Shown: positions 15,820 to 25,140, counted from the stretch's first letter. The stretch: DNA of 64,000 nucleotides from Collinsella sp. (GCA_036302225.1 JAXJCX010000059.1:7133-71132); one strand, 5' to 3'. Notes: generated by a model not told the origin, from the sequence alone. Numbers and translations are program-made.

Positions 15820-18537
15820 TCAGTTGTTATTGCCACCATCGAGCAATGCCTCAAAATCCTTCGCCGGCATGGGGCGGTAGTAGAGGAAGCCCTGAGCGTA
15901 GCGGGCGCCCATTTGTCGTAGCATGTTCGCCTGTTCATTTGTCTCGACGCCTTCGACCTCGACGGGCAGATGGAGCGACTGCGCCATTTCGAGCATCGAT
16001 GAAATGATTTGCGTGCTGCGGCCTTGATCGCGGTCGGTGGGTACAAAGGCGCGGTCGAGCTTGATGACGTCGACGTTGACGTTCTTGAGCATCGCGAGCG
16101 TGGACTGACCGGTGCCAAAATCGTCCATATAGGTCGAGAAGCCGCGGGTGTGCAGGTCGGCTGTCAGTTTGTCCACGGCTTCGGATTCTCCCGTATAAGC
16201 CGTCTCGGTGATCTCGACACGCATAAGCTCGGGCGGTAGATTGTATTGGGCGGCAAGTGCCCCCATATGTTCGGCAACGTCGCAGGCAAGGATATCCACG
16301 CGCGACACATTAAGCGAGACTGGAACCACGCGAAGACCGCGATCGAGACGCTCGCGCAGCCACGAGGCGACACCCTGCCAAATGTACTTGTCGAGCGTCA
16401 CCACAAAGCCGCTTTCCTCGAGTGCGGGGATAAACGTTGCGGGCGAAATGAGAGAGCCGTCCTTGTCAATCCAGCGGGTGAGTGCTTCGGCGCCAATAAT
16501 CTCACCGGTTTCCATATCGACCTGGGGCTGCAAGTGGTAGGTAATGCGACCATCTGAGAGCGCGTACTGGAATTCGGTCAGCGTGCGGTGGAACGCGACT
16601 TCGCGCTCGTACTCCGCGGGGCAGAAAATGGCAATGCGCTCCTTAAAGTCGTTTTTTGCGCGTCGATTGGTAAACATGGCCTTCGCCTGCGCATCGATGG
16701 TGATCTCCTCATTGGAGTCGATGGGGTAAACGCCCATGGACGGCCAAAAACCTACGCCGTCGTTGTGCTTGGCTACAGCTTCGCGCACGCGCGCATAGAC
16801 ACGGTGAACGAAATCGTGCTCAAAGGGTATGAGCAGACAAAAGTCGTCTTGTCCCCAGTACCCCGCGACACCCATGTTGGCGTTCTCGATATCCTTGAGC
16901 ACCGTGCCCACATCGGCAAGCATACGGTCACCTTCGGCCTGTCCATACCATTCGTTAAATAGGCGCATGTGGCCCATGTCGACGGTGGCGATACACCAAG
17001 CGTCGTCGCGCCTTGCCTTGATGATGGCATTGGCACGGCGCATAAACTCGCTGGGTCGGTAGAGACCGGTGAGCATATCGATGCGTTCGGCGATTGCGCT
17101 TTTGCGTTCGACCTCGGGTATAGGGAGGCTGTCGTTGGGGACAAGCCCGCCAGCTGTGCGAAGACGACGATCGAGTTCGCCCAAAACAGTCGATGCTTGG
17201 GAATCCAGGCGTTCGTAAAAGGTCGGGACGACAAGACAGACGGGAGCAATGGTGTCGCCCGCGATTTGCACAGGAGCGAAAACGGCCTCTTTAAGGTGGT
17301 GGGTCAGTTGCTCGAATGCCTCGTGGTCCAAATCGTTGCTGAGCACGACGAACTGGACACTACGTGAACGGTAGACCCTGCTCCTGCCGCGGGTGATCGA
17401 CAGCATGCGGCCCGCGTATTCGGCAAGCATGTTGTCGACAGCCTCGGCCCCGTAGAGCTCGTTGAGCTTAGTCGTGCCACGAACGCGCACCGCTATAAGC
17501 CCTGTCTTGCAACGGTCAAGGCGGCAGGTATCGATGGCATTGACCAGCATGCGCTGCGTTCCGAGGCCTGTGGCGGCGTCGACGGTTTCGGCGAGTGAGT
17601 GGTTGACGAGCTCGCCGACATAGAGCGAGGGGACATTTCCGTCGCCGTCGATACGAAACCCGCGAGCACGGCAAAGGACGTAGTCACCCGCGGCATTGCG
17701 CATGCGGTACTGCATGACGCGGCGGTGTTTGGAGCCGTTAAAGATCTGGTTGATGTCGTTGGCGTAGGCCTCGAGGTCATCGGGATGGACGCGCGTCTTC
17801 CAGAAATCGCGGCAGCTGTCTATGTGCTCCGAAGGAAGACCGAGATCGCGCAAGGCACCTTGCGACCAAAGGGTGCGGTCCTTGTCCAAGTTCTCGATAA
17901 AGAAATAACGGCCCTCGTTGAGCATCGAAAAGGCGTCGAAAATACGATCGCTTATTTCGAAGTCGTCGGCGTGGACTTGCGCGATATTACGTCGATCGAG
18001 GTGCATGGCATGACGTAGTTTGTAATCGTACATGCGATGGTCGGCATCGAGCGTCATGCGATTGGGGGCTTCGCCCAGGGCGGGGTCGGCATACGACACT
18101 CCATAGCTAAACGAGCGGGGCATCTCGGAATCGTTGTTTTTGAGCAGGACCGTTCGGCAGTGTTCCAGACGTTCGGCGAGGTCGTCCTCGGTCGCAATCG
18201 TAGATAGGATGGCAAACTCGTCGCCGCCTATGCGAAACGCCGCTTCGTCCACTTTCATATACAGCTTGAGATAGAGGCTTACCTGCAAAATATAGCGGTT
18301 GCCCTCGTCATGGCCAAAGACGTCGTTGCAGTGCTTGAGGTTGTCGATATCGACGTACGCCATGGTAACGGGGGTGTCCTGCTCCCAGAGCTCCTCGAGG
18401 GAGCGGGCAAAGCCGCCACGGTTGCCAAGCCCGGTAAGCTGGTCGGTAAAGGCAGTCCTAATCAGATCATCCTGGCGCTCGAGAAGGTCGCGAACGGTCT
18501 TTTCGAGCGTTTCGGTGTAATTGCTGACAGTATCCAT
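15820..18537 (-). CDS. Multidomain c-di-GMP protein: GGDEF - PAS-like - degenerate GGDEF - degenerate GGDEF - EAL
   Basis: The first ~470 aa are collinear with 14163..15692 (DQLTGLGNRGGF, RIGGDEF, HPDDLE PAS). A further GGDEF-like domain has GQDDF. The EAL domain has EALTRW, EITE, DDFGTGQS and KLDRAF motifs. Confidence 0.85.
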   Translation of the reverse strand: MDTVSNYTETLEKTVRDLLERQDDLIRTAFTDQLTGLGNRGGFARSLEELWEQDTPVTMAYVDIDNLKHCNDVFGHDEGNRYILQVSLYLKLYMKVDEAAFRIGGDEFAILSTIATEDDLAERLEHCRTVLLKNNDSEMPRSFSYGVSYADPALGEAPNRMTLDADHRMYDYKLRHAMHLDRRNIAQVHADDFEISDRIFDAFSMLNEGRYFFIENLDKDRTLWSQGALRDLGLPSEHIDSCRDFWKTRVHPDDLEAYANDINQIFNGSKHRRVMQYRMRNAAGDYVLCRARGFRIDGDGNVPSLYVGELVNHSLAETVDAATGLGTQRMLVNAIDTCRLDRCKTGLIAVRVRGTTKLNELYGAEAVDNMLAEYAGRMLSITRGRSRVYRSRSVQFVVLSNDLDHEAFEQLTHHLKEAVFAPVQIAGDTIAPVCLVVPTFYERLDSQASTVLGELDRRLRTAGGLVPNDSLPIPEVERKSAIAERIDMLTGLYRPSEFMRRANAIIKARRDDAWCIATVDMGHMRLFNEWYGQAEGDRMLADVGTVLKDIENANMGVAGYWGQDDFCLLIPFEHDFVHRVYARVREAVAKHNDGVGFWPSMGVYPIDSNEEITIDAQAKAMFTNRRAKNDFKERIAIFCPAEYEREVAFHRTLTEFQYALSDGRITYHLQPQVDMETGEIIGAEALTRWIDKDGSLISPATFIPALEESGFVVTLDKYIWQGVASWLRERLDRGLRVVPVSLNVSRVDILACDVAEHMGALAAQYNLPPELMRVEITETAYTGESEAVDKLTADLHTRGFSTYMDDFGTGQSTLAMLKNVNVDVIKLDRAFVPTDRDQGRSTQIISSMLEMAQSLHLPVEVEGVETNEQANMLRQMGARYAQGFLYYRPMPAKDFEALLDGGNNN

Positions 18538-18859
18538 GTCGTAAGCGGCTTTCTGAGGTCGGGCGAATTGCGTCGGGCGAGCTCGTTGTGCACACGCGTT
18601 GTTGTTCGGCGCTTTGCGTGTATCCAGGCCCCGCCTCGCTGCGTTGTTGGGTTAATTTACCGGCTAATGTTCGCTGTTGATTACTGCTGAGTAGTATAAA
18701 CAACAGTGCAGAATTATATATGGGTGCACATGCTGTGGGCGGCTATTATTCGACAAACGGTAGCGCGACGATGCGATGTCCGATAAAAATGCGACTGGGG
18801 TGGTATATGTTGACGGGTATACTTGTTCCGGTTTTAAACGCAGGAACGGAGATGGTCGC

Positions 18860-19729
18860 ATGGCACAGCCGGATACGACGCGCACGGTGGGGCTCGCGCT
18901 CGAGGGAGGCGGCTACCGCGGTATGTATACGGCGGGCGTGCTCGACGTTTGGATGGAGCACGGTTTGACCTGCGACCATATGGTGGGTGTCTCGGCGGGC
19001 GCGGCGTTTGGCTACAACTTTAAATCGCGGCAGATCGGACGCGCCATTCGCTATAACAAGGCCTATTGTGCCGACAAGCGCTATGCGGGTGTAGCAAGCT
19101 GGCTGCGGACCGGCGATATGTTCAATGCCGATTTTGCCTATCACGAGGTGCCTATCGAGCGCGATCCCATCGACTTGGAGGCGTATCGCGCCTGCCCCAT
19201 GCGGTTTACGTGCGTGTGTACCGATATCGAGACGGGCAAGGCTGTCTATCACGATTTGCCTTATGGCGACGAGCGGGATATCGAGTGGATCCGGGCATCG
19301 TCGGCGATTCCTGTGGCGACGCGTCCCGTTGCTATTGACGGGCATAAGTATCTGGATGGTGGCGTGGCTGATTCTATTCCCAGTGCATGGCTGTTTGCGC
19401 AGGGGTATGACCGCAATATCGTGGTACTCACGCAGCCGGTAGGCTTTGTGAAGCAGCCCAACAGCGTGATGCCCATGCTGCGGCGCGTGTTCCGTCACTA
19501 CCCGGAGTTTGTCGCAGCGCTTGAGCATCGGCATGAGGTCTACAATGCCACGCTCGATGACCTGGCACGTCGCGAGGCTGCCGGCGAGGTCTTTGTGGTG
19601 CGTCCGAGCGAATCGGTGAAGGTGCCGTCGCTGTGCCGCGAACCGGATGAGCTCGAACGCATCTATCAGATCGGCCGCCACGATGCGGAAGCGGCCTTGC
19701 CGGCGTTGGAGGCCTACCTAGCGGGGTAG
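18860..19729 (+). CDS. Patatin-like phospholipase
   Basis: GGGYRG oxyanion motif, GVSAGA (GxSxG) and YLDGGVAD (catalytic Asp). Start trimmed to MAQPD, preceded by GGAACGGAG. Confidence 0.8.
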   Translation: MAQPDTTRTVGLALEGGGYRGMYTAGVLDVWMEHGLTCDHMVGVSAGAAFGYNFKSRQIGRAIRYNKAYCADKRYAGVASWLRTGDMFNADFAYHEVPIERDPIDLEAYRACPMRFTCVCTDIETGKAVYHDLPYGDERDIEWIRASSAIPVATRPVAIDGHKYLDGGVADSIPSAWLFAQGYDRNIVVLTQPVGFVKQPNSVMPMLRRVFRHYPEFVAALEHRHEVYNATLDDLARREAAGEVFVVRPSESVKVPSLCREPDELERIYQIGRHDAEAALPALEAYLAG

Positions 19730-19750
19730 GGCAAACTGCCGTGGACTCGG

Positions 19751-19860
19751 CGGAAAGCGCATCCCGGAATCGGCGCTAAAAATGGGATGAGGTTTCCCAA
19801 CGGAGCCGCATGCGGAAAGCGCATCCCGGAATGGAGGTCCAAACTGGGATGCGCTTTCCG
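19751..19860. terminator. Tandemly duplicated hairpin unit between convergent patatin and thiE genes
   Basis: CGGAAAGCGCATCCCGGAAT occurs at 19751 and 19813. The second copy pairs perfectly with GGGATGCGCTTTCCG at 19846..19860; the first pairs imperfectly with GGGATGAGGTTTCCC at 19784..19798. Confidence 0.6.
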
Positions 19861-19903
19861 TTGCTGAAGATATGAGGCTGCGAATCAACTGCTCGGCTTA
19901 TGT

Positions 19904-20599
19904 CTATGCCTGCTGCCAGGTGTCGACGAGCTCCTTGGCCGCGGCGTGGGGGTCGTCGGCACTGCAGACGGCGCTCACCACAAAGAAGCCATCGACGCCG
20001 GTGGCCTTGAGCTGCGGCAGGTCGGCCGTCTTGACGCCGCCGCCCACCACGATGGGCACGGGGCTTGCCGCGTGGAGTGCGGCCAGGTCCTCAAAGCTCT
20101 TGGTGATGATGGAGCCATCGGCTGCGCGTCCGCAATCGCGTTTGGTCTCGGTCTCGTGGAGTGGGCCGATACCCAGGTAGTCGACCAGGCTCATGTCGGC
20201 GGTCTTGACGTACTCGAGCATCTCCTCGCAGCGGGCAGAAAGGCCCACGATGGCATCGGGGCCCAACAGCTTACGGCAGACCTCGACGGGAATATCGCTC
20301 TGGCCAACGTGCACGCCGTCAACAGCGATGCCCTGCTCGCGCGCGGCGAGTACGCAGTCCAGGCGGTCGTCGATCAGCAGGGCGACCTGACCGGTCTTGC
20401 CGGCCTGTGCGATTGCCTGCGCGGCGTCGCCCGTCAGCGCGATGATCTCGCGGGCGCTTGCCACCTTGGAGCGCACCTGGATGCAGGTAAAGCCTGCGTC
20501 GAGCGCCTGGGCCACCACATCGCCCACGGGACGCCCGAGCGTGTTTTCGGGACCGAGTACCAGATAGGCCGAGATATCAAGGTTGTCGCGGATGCTCAT
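19904..20599 (-). CDS. thiE: Thiamine-phosphate synthase ThiE
   Basis: ...FTCIQVRSK...LLIDDRLD...GVHVGQSD...IVGLSA...YLGIGPLHET.TK...PIVVGGGV is typical of ThiE. The start overlaps the upstream stop (ATGA). Confidence 0.85.
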   Translation of the reverse strand: MSIRDNLDISAYLVLGPENTLGRPVGDVVAQALDAGFTCIQVRSKVASAREIIALTGDAAQAIAQAGKTGQVALLIDDRLDCVLAAREQGIAVDGVHVGQSDIPVEVCRKLLGPDAIVGLSARCEEMLEYVKTADMSLVDYLGIGPLHETETKRDCGRAADGSIITKSFEDLAALHAASPVPIVVGGGVKTADLPQLKATGVDGFFVVSAVCSADDPHAAAKELVDTWQQA

Positions 20600-20937
20600 C
20601 GTGCTTCCTCCTGCTGTTTGATCTGTGCTTCCATGCGCTCGAGCTTGCCGGTCATGGTGTCGGTAAATCCGGGTCGAATATCGGCTTTGAGCACGACTTC
20701 GGTACGGATACCCTTACTCGCCAACACAAAGGTTGCGTCGCGCACGACCTGCATGACCTCGTCCCAGTCGCCCTCGATCTCGGTGAACATCGAGGTGGTG
20801 CGGTTGGGAAGGCCGCTCTCGCGAATGACGCGCACGACTTCAGCGACCTCGGCGGACAGTTCATCGCCGGTGCCGCACGGGGCGATGGCTACAGCGACGA
20901 GCGTGTTCATGCCGGTATTGGTTGCGGGTTCGGACAT
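20596..20937 (-). CDS. MTH1187/YkoF-family (DUF77) thiamine-binding protein
   Basis: 113 aa. ...LVAVAIAPCGTGDELSAEVAEVVRVIRESGLPNRTTSMFTEIEGDWDEVMQVV..., sitting inside the thi operon. Confidence 0.65.
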   Translation of the reverse strand: MSEPATNTGMNTLVAVAIAPCGTGDELSAEVAEVVRVIRESGLPNRTTSMFTEIEGDWDEVMQVVRDATFVLASKGIRTEVVLKADIRPGFTDTMTGKLERMEAQIKQQEEAR

Positions 20938-20940
20938 GGC

Positions 20941-21780
20941 TTATGCCTCCTCGAGTTCGAGTCGGTTATCGGCGATGTCTTGGGCGGTCGCGCGGTAGAG
21001 TTCATCGATAAAGGCGACCTTAAAGCTTGCCGGGGCATCGGCGACGGCGGCGGCACGCGTGCCGGCAACGTTGTAGACGGCGGTGCCACAGATGGCTGCC
21101 GTAAACGGGTCGGCGGCGCAGGCGTACACGGCCAGCACGCCGCCCTGCGAGCAACCGCAGCCGGTGATCTTGGACATGAGCGGGCTGCCGCCGTGGGACT
21201 TGGCCACGGTCGTGCCGTCGGTAATCAGGTCGACTTCGCCCGAGACCACTACGGCGCCGCCGGTGTAGCGAGCGAGCGCCACGGCGGCATCGCGGGCGGC
21301 GTCGACCGTGTCGGTGGTATCGACGCCGCGTACGCGGCTCAGATCGGCCGCCTCGCCCTCAAGACCCCACAGGCCGGCGAGTGCGATGATCTCGGAGGCG
21401 TTGCCGCGCACGATGGCGGGCTTATACTGCTTGAGTTCGTTTACCAGCTGGGTGCGCAGGCTACCGATGCCCAGACCCACCGGATCGAGCACCCAGGGCT
21501 TGCCAGCGTCGTGTGCCGCCTTGGCCGCGCGGGGAATCGTCTGCTCGTAGATGGGGAAGAGCGTGCCCATGTTGAGATAGATGGCGCCGCCGCCGGCAAC
21601 GAGCGCCTCGCCCTCGTCGGGCAGATAGACCATGGCGGCCGAACCGCCTACGGCGAGCTGAGCATTGGCGACAAAGTCGATCGTCACCGTGTTGGTGATG
21701 GAGCCCGCCATCGGATTGGTGGCACGAATCTCCTCCACGGCCTTGACCACATGTTGCTTAAGCTGTTCCGAATCAATCAC
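20941..21780 (-). CDS. thiM: Hydroxyethylthiazole kinase ThiM
   Basis: ...ITNTVTIDFVANAQLAVGGSAAMV...LNMGTL...PWVLDPVG...RGNASEI...ITGCGCSQGGVLA. Start reassigned to GTG 21780, 8 nt after AAGGAGG, because the longer ORF runs through the TPP riboswitch and its terminator. Confidence 0.85.
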   Translation of the reverse strand: MIDSEQLKQHVVKAVEEIRATNPMAGSITNTVTIDFVANAQLAVGGSAAMVYLPDEGEALVAGGGAIYLNMGTLFPIYEQTIPRAAKAAHDAGKPWVLDPVGLGIGSLRTQLVNELKQYKPAIVRGNASEIIALAGLWGLEGEAADLSRVRGVDTTDTVDAARDAAVALARYTGGAVVVSGEVDLITDGTTVAKSHGGSPLMSKITGCGCSQGGVLAVYACAADPFTAAICGTAVYNVAGTRAAAVADAPASFKVAFIDELYRATAQDIADNRLELEEA

Positions 21781-21800
21781 TGCACATGCCTCCTTGGCAT

Positions 21801-21832
21801 AGAAAAGGGGCGCTGTGCATAGACAGCGCCCC
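21801..21832 (-). terminator. Intrinsic terminator forming the expression platform of the TPP riboswitch
   Basis: Reverse strand reads ggggcgctgt-ctatgc-acagcgcccc followed by TTTTCT. Confidence 0.75.
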
Positions 21833-21839
21833 TGTAAAG

Positions 21840-21940
21840 GCGGCATGCTCCCTACGCCAGCATTAACTGACAGGTTCAAAGGATTGGGCCCCATGCCCTC
21901 TCAGCCTTGTGGTTTGCACCGCCGGCACTCCCGCATCGAA
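21840..21940 (-). promoter_or_regulatory. TPP (THI-box) riboswitch upstream of thiM-ykoF-thiE
   Basis: Reverse strand reads GCGGGAGUGCC...GGCUGAGAGGGC...CCUUUGAACCUGUCAGUUAAUGCUGGCGUAGGGAGC. It contains the invariant CUGAGA and the ACCUG...AAUGC.GGCGUAGGGA blocks of the THI element. Confidence 0.9.
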
Positions 21941-21963
21941 TCTGTTGTTCCCTATACTAACGC

Positions 21964-21998
21964 ACCTGCCAAAAAGGGACAGGTTTATTTTGGCAGGT
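21964..21998 (+). repeat. GGGACAG-loop hairpin, copy 6 (in a divergent promoter region, not 3' of any gene)
   Basis: acctgccaaaa-agggacaggttta-ttttggcaggt. Nearly identical to copy 1. Confidence 0.6.
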
Positions 21999-22035
21999 CG
22001 TTACAATAGGTAGGACCGATACGAATGGGGACCTC

Positions 22036-22944
22036 ATGATCAAACTTGTGCTGACCGATATGGACGATACGCTGATTCCAGCCGGGCATGACGGCGCCAG
22101 CGACTACGCCATCGAGGGTATTCATGCCATGCAAGCGGCGGGTCTGCACTTTGGTCCGGTTTCGGGTCGTCAGCCGTCCGCGATGGGCTGGATGTTCAAA
22201 AATCGTTCCGAGTGTTTTTCGACTGGCGCGTTCTGTAACGGCCAGGTGATGTTTGTCGGCGGCGAAGTAGTCGCCTCGCACGCAATCGACAACGATGCTC
22301 TGATGCGTTTGGCCGACTATCTGGAGCAAGAGACCGACGATACATTTTTAAAAGTCTATAGCCTGGGCGATGACTTTTGGGGCAACGATGCCTATTGCGT
22401 GACGAGTGATCCCGAGCGCGTTCGTCGCGCCATGGAGTCGGGCGGCAACGCATGGCTCAAAGGCGAAGAGGCCCCGTGCCGTCCCGTCGTTGATGAAGTG
22501 CCGGTGTTCAAGGCGAATATCTGGAGTGCCCGTTCGCGTGAGGAGCTCGCGGAGCTACGCGAGCGCGTTGCCGTTGAGGTGCCGGAACTCTCGCTTGTGT
22601 TTCCCAACAACCGAGTGCGCCTGTTTGACATCCTTCCAGCAGGTTGGGACAAGGGTTGCGCTGCGCTGGAGTTGGCGCGCGCTTTGGACCTGACGCCCGA
22701 TGAGGTGGCCGTATTTGGCGATTCCGATAACGATCTGCCCATGATCGATGCCGTTCCCAACTCCGTTGCAGTCGCCAATGCCAACGAGGCCGTCACGGCT
22801 GCCGCGCGCTGGCATATCGGCGCTGCGGTAGACGATGCGGTTGCCGGGGCTCTGCATCAGATTGCCGCCTGTGCCGCGACGGGGGAGATGCCGCCGTTTA
22901 TGCGTCAGATGGATACGACGGGTTTCGACGTCACGAACGTCTAG
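22036..22944 (+). CDS. Cof-type HAD-IIB family hydrolase/phosphatase
   Basis: DMDDTL (DxDxT) at the N-terminus, GDSDNDLPM near the C-terminus, with a large cap domain between them. Confidence 0.75.
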   Translation: MIKLVLTDMDDTLIPAGHDGASDYAIEGIHAMQAAGLHFGPVSGRQPSAMGWMFKNRSECFSTGAFCNGQVMFVGGEVVASHAIDNDALMRLADYLEQETDDTFLKVYSLGDDFWGNDAYCVTSDPERVRRAMESGGNAWLKGEEAPCRPVVDEVPVFKANIWSARSREELAELRERVAVEVPELSLVFPNNRVRLFDILPAGWDKGCAALELARALDLTPDEVAVFGDSDNDLPMIDAVPNSVAVANANEAVTAAARWHIGAAVDDAVAGALHQIAACAATGEMPPFMRQMDTTGFDVTNV

Positions 22945-22954
22945 GGAGAAAGCT

Positions 22955-23851
22955 ATGAAGCTCCAACAGCTCAGGTATGTCGTCAAAGTTGCCGAATGCG
23001 GCAGCATCACCGAGGCCTCGCGCCGGCTCTTTGTGTCGCAGCCTTCGATTACCGCGTCGATCCGCGATCTCGAAAACGAGATGGGCGTGCACATCTTTGA
23101 GCGCACCAACAAGGGCGTCATTGTGTCCGAGGAAGGCGAGACCTTCTTGGGCTACGCGCGCCAGGTACTCGACCAGGCCGACCTGCTCGAGGGCAAATAC
23201 AAGGGCGCATCCGAGCAGGTGCCGCACTTTAGTGTGAGCTGCCAGCATTATTCCTTTGCCGTTAACGCGTTTGTTGACGTGATCCGCGAGTTCGATGCCG
23301 CGCGTTACGACTTCACCCTGCGCGAGGAACAGACTCACGAGATTATCGAGGACGTCGCGCATATGAAAAGCGAACTGGGCATCCTGTACTTATCCGAGCA
23401 TAACCGCGAGGTTATCGAGCGCATGCTCGCCGCCAACGAGCTCGTATTCGAGGGACTCTTCTGCGCCGCGCCGCATGTCTTTGTATGCGCCGACCATCCA
23501 CTGGCGGACTGCGCCAGCGTGACGCTCGAGGACTTGGAAGACTACCCGTTCTTGTCCTATGAGCAGGGCAGTTATAACTCGTTCTACTATTCCGAGGAGC
23601 TGACCTCGACGTTTGAACGTCGCAAAAATATCCGCGTGCGCGACCGTGCGACGTTGTTCAATTTGGCCATGGGCCTCAACGGCTACACGGTATGCTCGGG
23701 CGTGATCAGCCACGAGCTCAACGGCCCCGGCATTATCTCGATTCCGCTCGATGTGGACGAGTACATGGAGGTCGGCATCATTACGCGCAAGAACACGACG
23801 CTCACGCGCTACGGCCAAGCCTATATCGACGCGATTCGTCAGCATATTTAG
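22955..23851 (+). CDS. LysR-family transcriptional regulator (resembles streptococcal MetR/MtaR-type regulators)
   Basis: MKLQQLRYVVKVAECGSITEASRRLFVSQPSITASIRDLENEMGVHIFERTNKG HTH. Start trimmed to ATG 22955, preceded by GGGAGAAAG. Confidence 0.8.
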   Translation: MKLQQLRYVVKVAECGSITEASRRLFVSQPSITASIRDLENEMGVHIFERTNKGVIVSEEGETFLGYARQVLDQADLLEGKYKGASEQVPHFSVSCQHYSFAVNAFVDVIREFDAARYDFTLREEQTHEIIEDVAHMKSELGILYLSEHNREVIERMLAANELVFEGLFCAAPHVFVCADHPLADCASVTLEDLEDYPFLSYEQGSYNSFYYSEELTSTFERRKNIRVRDRATLFNLAMGLNGYTVCSGVISHELNGPGIISIPLDVDEYMEVGIITRKNTTLTRYGQAYIDAIRQHI

Positions 23852-24006
23852 GCTGCTGTGCTCTGCGCGGGTCAAATCTCTTTATGGCAGTCCAGACTGA
23901 TATAGGAAGCATCTATATCAAACTGTTATAAACGTATATTTTACGATGGCCATATGAGCGCTCATACTCTGTCCCAGTAAAGCAACCAATGCAAAGGGAG
24001 ATATCT

Positions 24007-25140
24007 ATGAGCACTTCGATTCAACCGAACGCGCCGTTTCGCGCCGATATCGTCGGCAGCTTTCTTCGTCCGCAGGCCGTAAAGGACGCCCGTGCCGCCT
24101 ACGCCGCGGGCACGCTTGATGCCGAGGGGCTTAAGGTCGTCGAGGACGATGCCATTCGCGATTTGGTGGCAAAGCAGAAGGCCGCCGGCCTGCAGGTCAT
24201 CACCGATGGTGAGTTTCGCCGCAGCTACTGGCACCTCGATTTTATGTGGGGCCTTAACGGCATTGAACGCCGTACCTCGCGTACGGGTTATATGTTCCAC
24301 GACGAGGAGACCACAGCCGACACCGCCGTGGTAACCGGCCCCATTAGCGGCGAGAACCATCCGTTCGTCGAGCACTTTAAATTTGTCAAGGCGCTTGAGG
24401 GCGAGGGCCAGGTCGCACGGCAAACCATCCCGGCGCCGATCCAGACGTTCTCTGAGGTCACGCTCGATCGCTGCGACGGCCAGCAGGAGAGCCTGCATGC
24501 CGTCTATAAGACCGATGAGGAACTTGCCGACGCCATTGCAGCCGCTTATCGCACAGTGATCGCCGACCTGTACGCAGCGGGTTGCCGCAACATCCAGTTT
24601 GATGACTGCACCTGGGGCATCTACTGCGATGCCGATTTTGTCGCCAAAACCGGCATGAGCCCGGTCGACCTGCAAAAGGTAAGCGAGCTGGGCGTGGCGC
24701 TCAACAATGCCGCCATCGCGGACAAGCCCGACGATCTGGTCATCAACACGCATGTGTGCCGCGGCAACTACCACTCCACCTATGCCTTCGAGGGCGGCTA
24801 CGACCCCATCGCGCCGTACCTGTTTGCAAACGAGGATGTCGATGCATTTTACCTGGAGTTCGATACGCCGCGCGCCGGCGGTTTTGAGCCGCTCAAGTAC
24901 GTTGCCCCGGGCAAGAAGGTCGTGCTGGGCTTGGTAACCACCAAGGCGGCAGAGCTCGAGAACGAGGATGTTATCGTCGAGCGCATCCGTGAAGCCGCAA
25001 AGTACGTGCCGCTCGAGAACCTGTATCTGTCGCCTCAGTGCGGCTTTGCCAGCTGCGAGATTGGCAACAAGCTGACCGAGGATGAGCAATGGGCAAAGAT
25101 CGCGCTGGTCAAGCGCATTGCCGAGCGCGTTTGGAAATAG
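24007..25140 (+). CDS. Cobalamin-independent methionine synthase family protein (MetE C-terminal-domain-like, YxjG/YxjH type)
   Basis: ...FRADIVGSFLRP...LQVITDGEFRRSYWHLDF...NTHVCRGNY...SPQCGFAS (Zn ligands). RBS AAAGGGAG is present. Confidence 0.8.
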   Translation: MSTSIQPNAPFRADIVGSFLRPQAVKDARAAYAAGTLDAEGLKVVEDDAIRDLVAKQKAAGLQVITDGEFRRSYWHLDFMWGLNGIERRTSRTGYMFHDEETTADTAVVTGPISGENHPFVEHFKFVKALEGEGQVARQTIPAPIQTFSEVTLDRCDGQQESLHAVYKTDEELADAIAAAYRTVIADLYAAGCRNIQFDDCTWGIYCDADFVAKTGMSPVDLQKVSELGVALNNAAIADKPDDLVINTHVCRGNYHSTYAFEGGYDPIAPYLFANEDVDAFYLEFDTPRAGGFEPLKYVAPGKKVVLGLVTTKAAELENEDVIVERIREAAKYVPLENLYLSPQCGFASCEIGNKLTEDEQWAKIALVKRIAERVWK

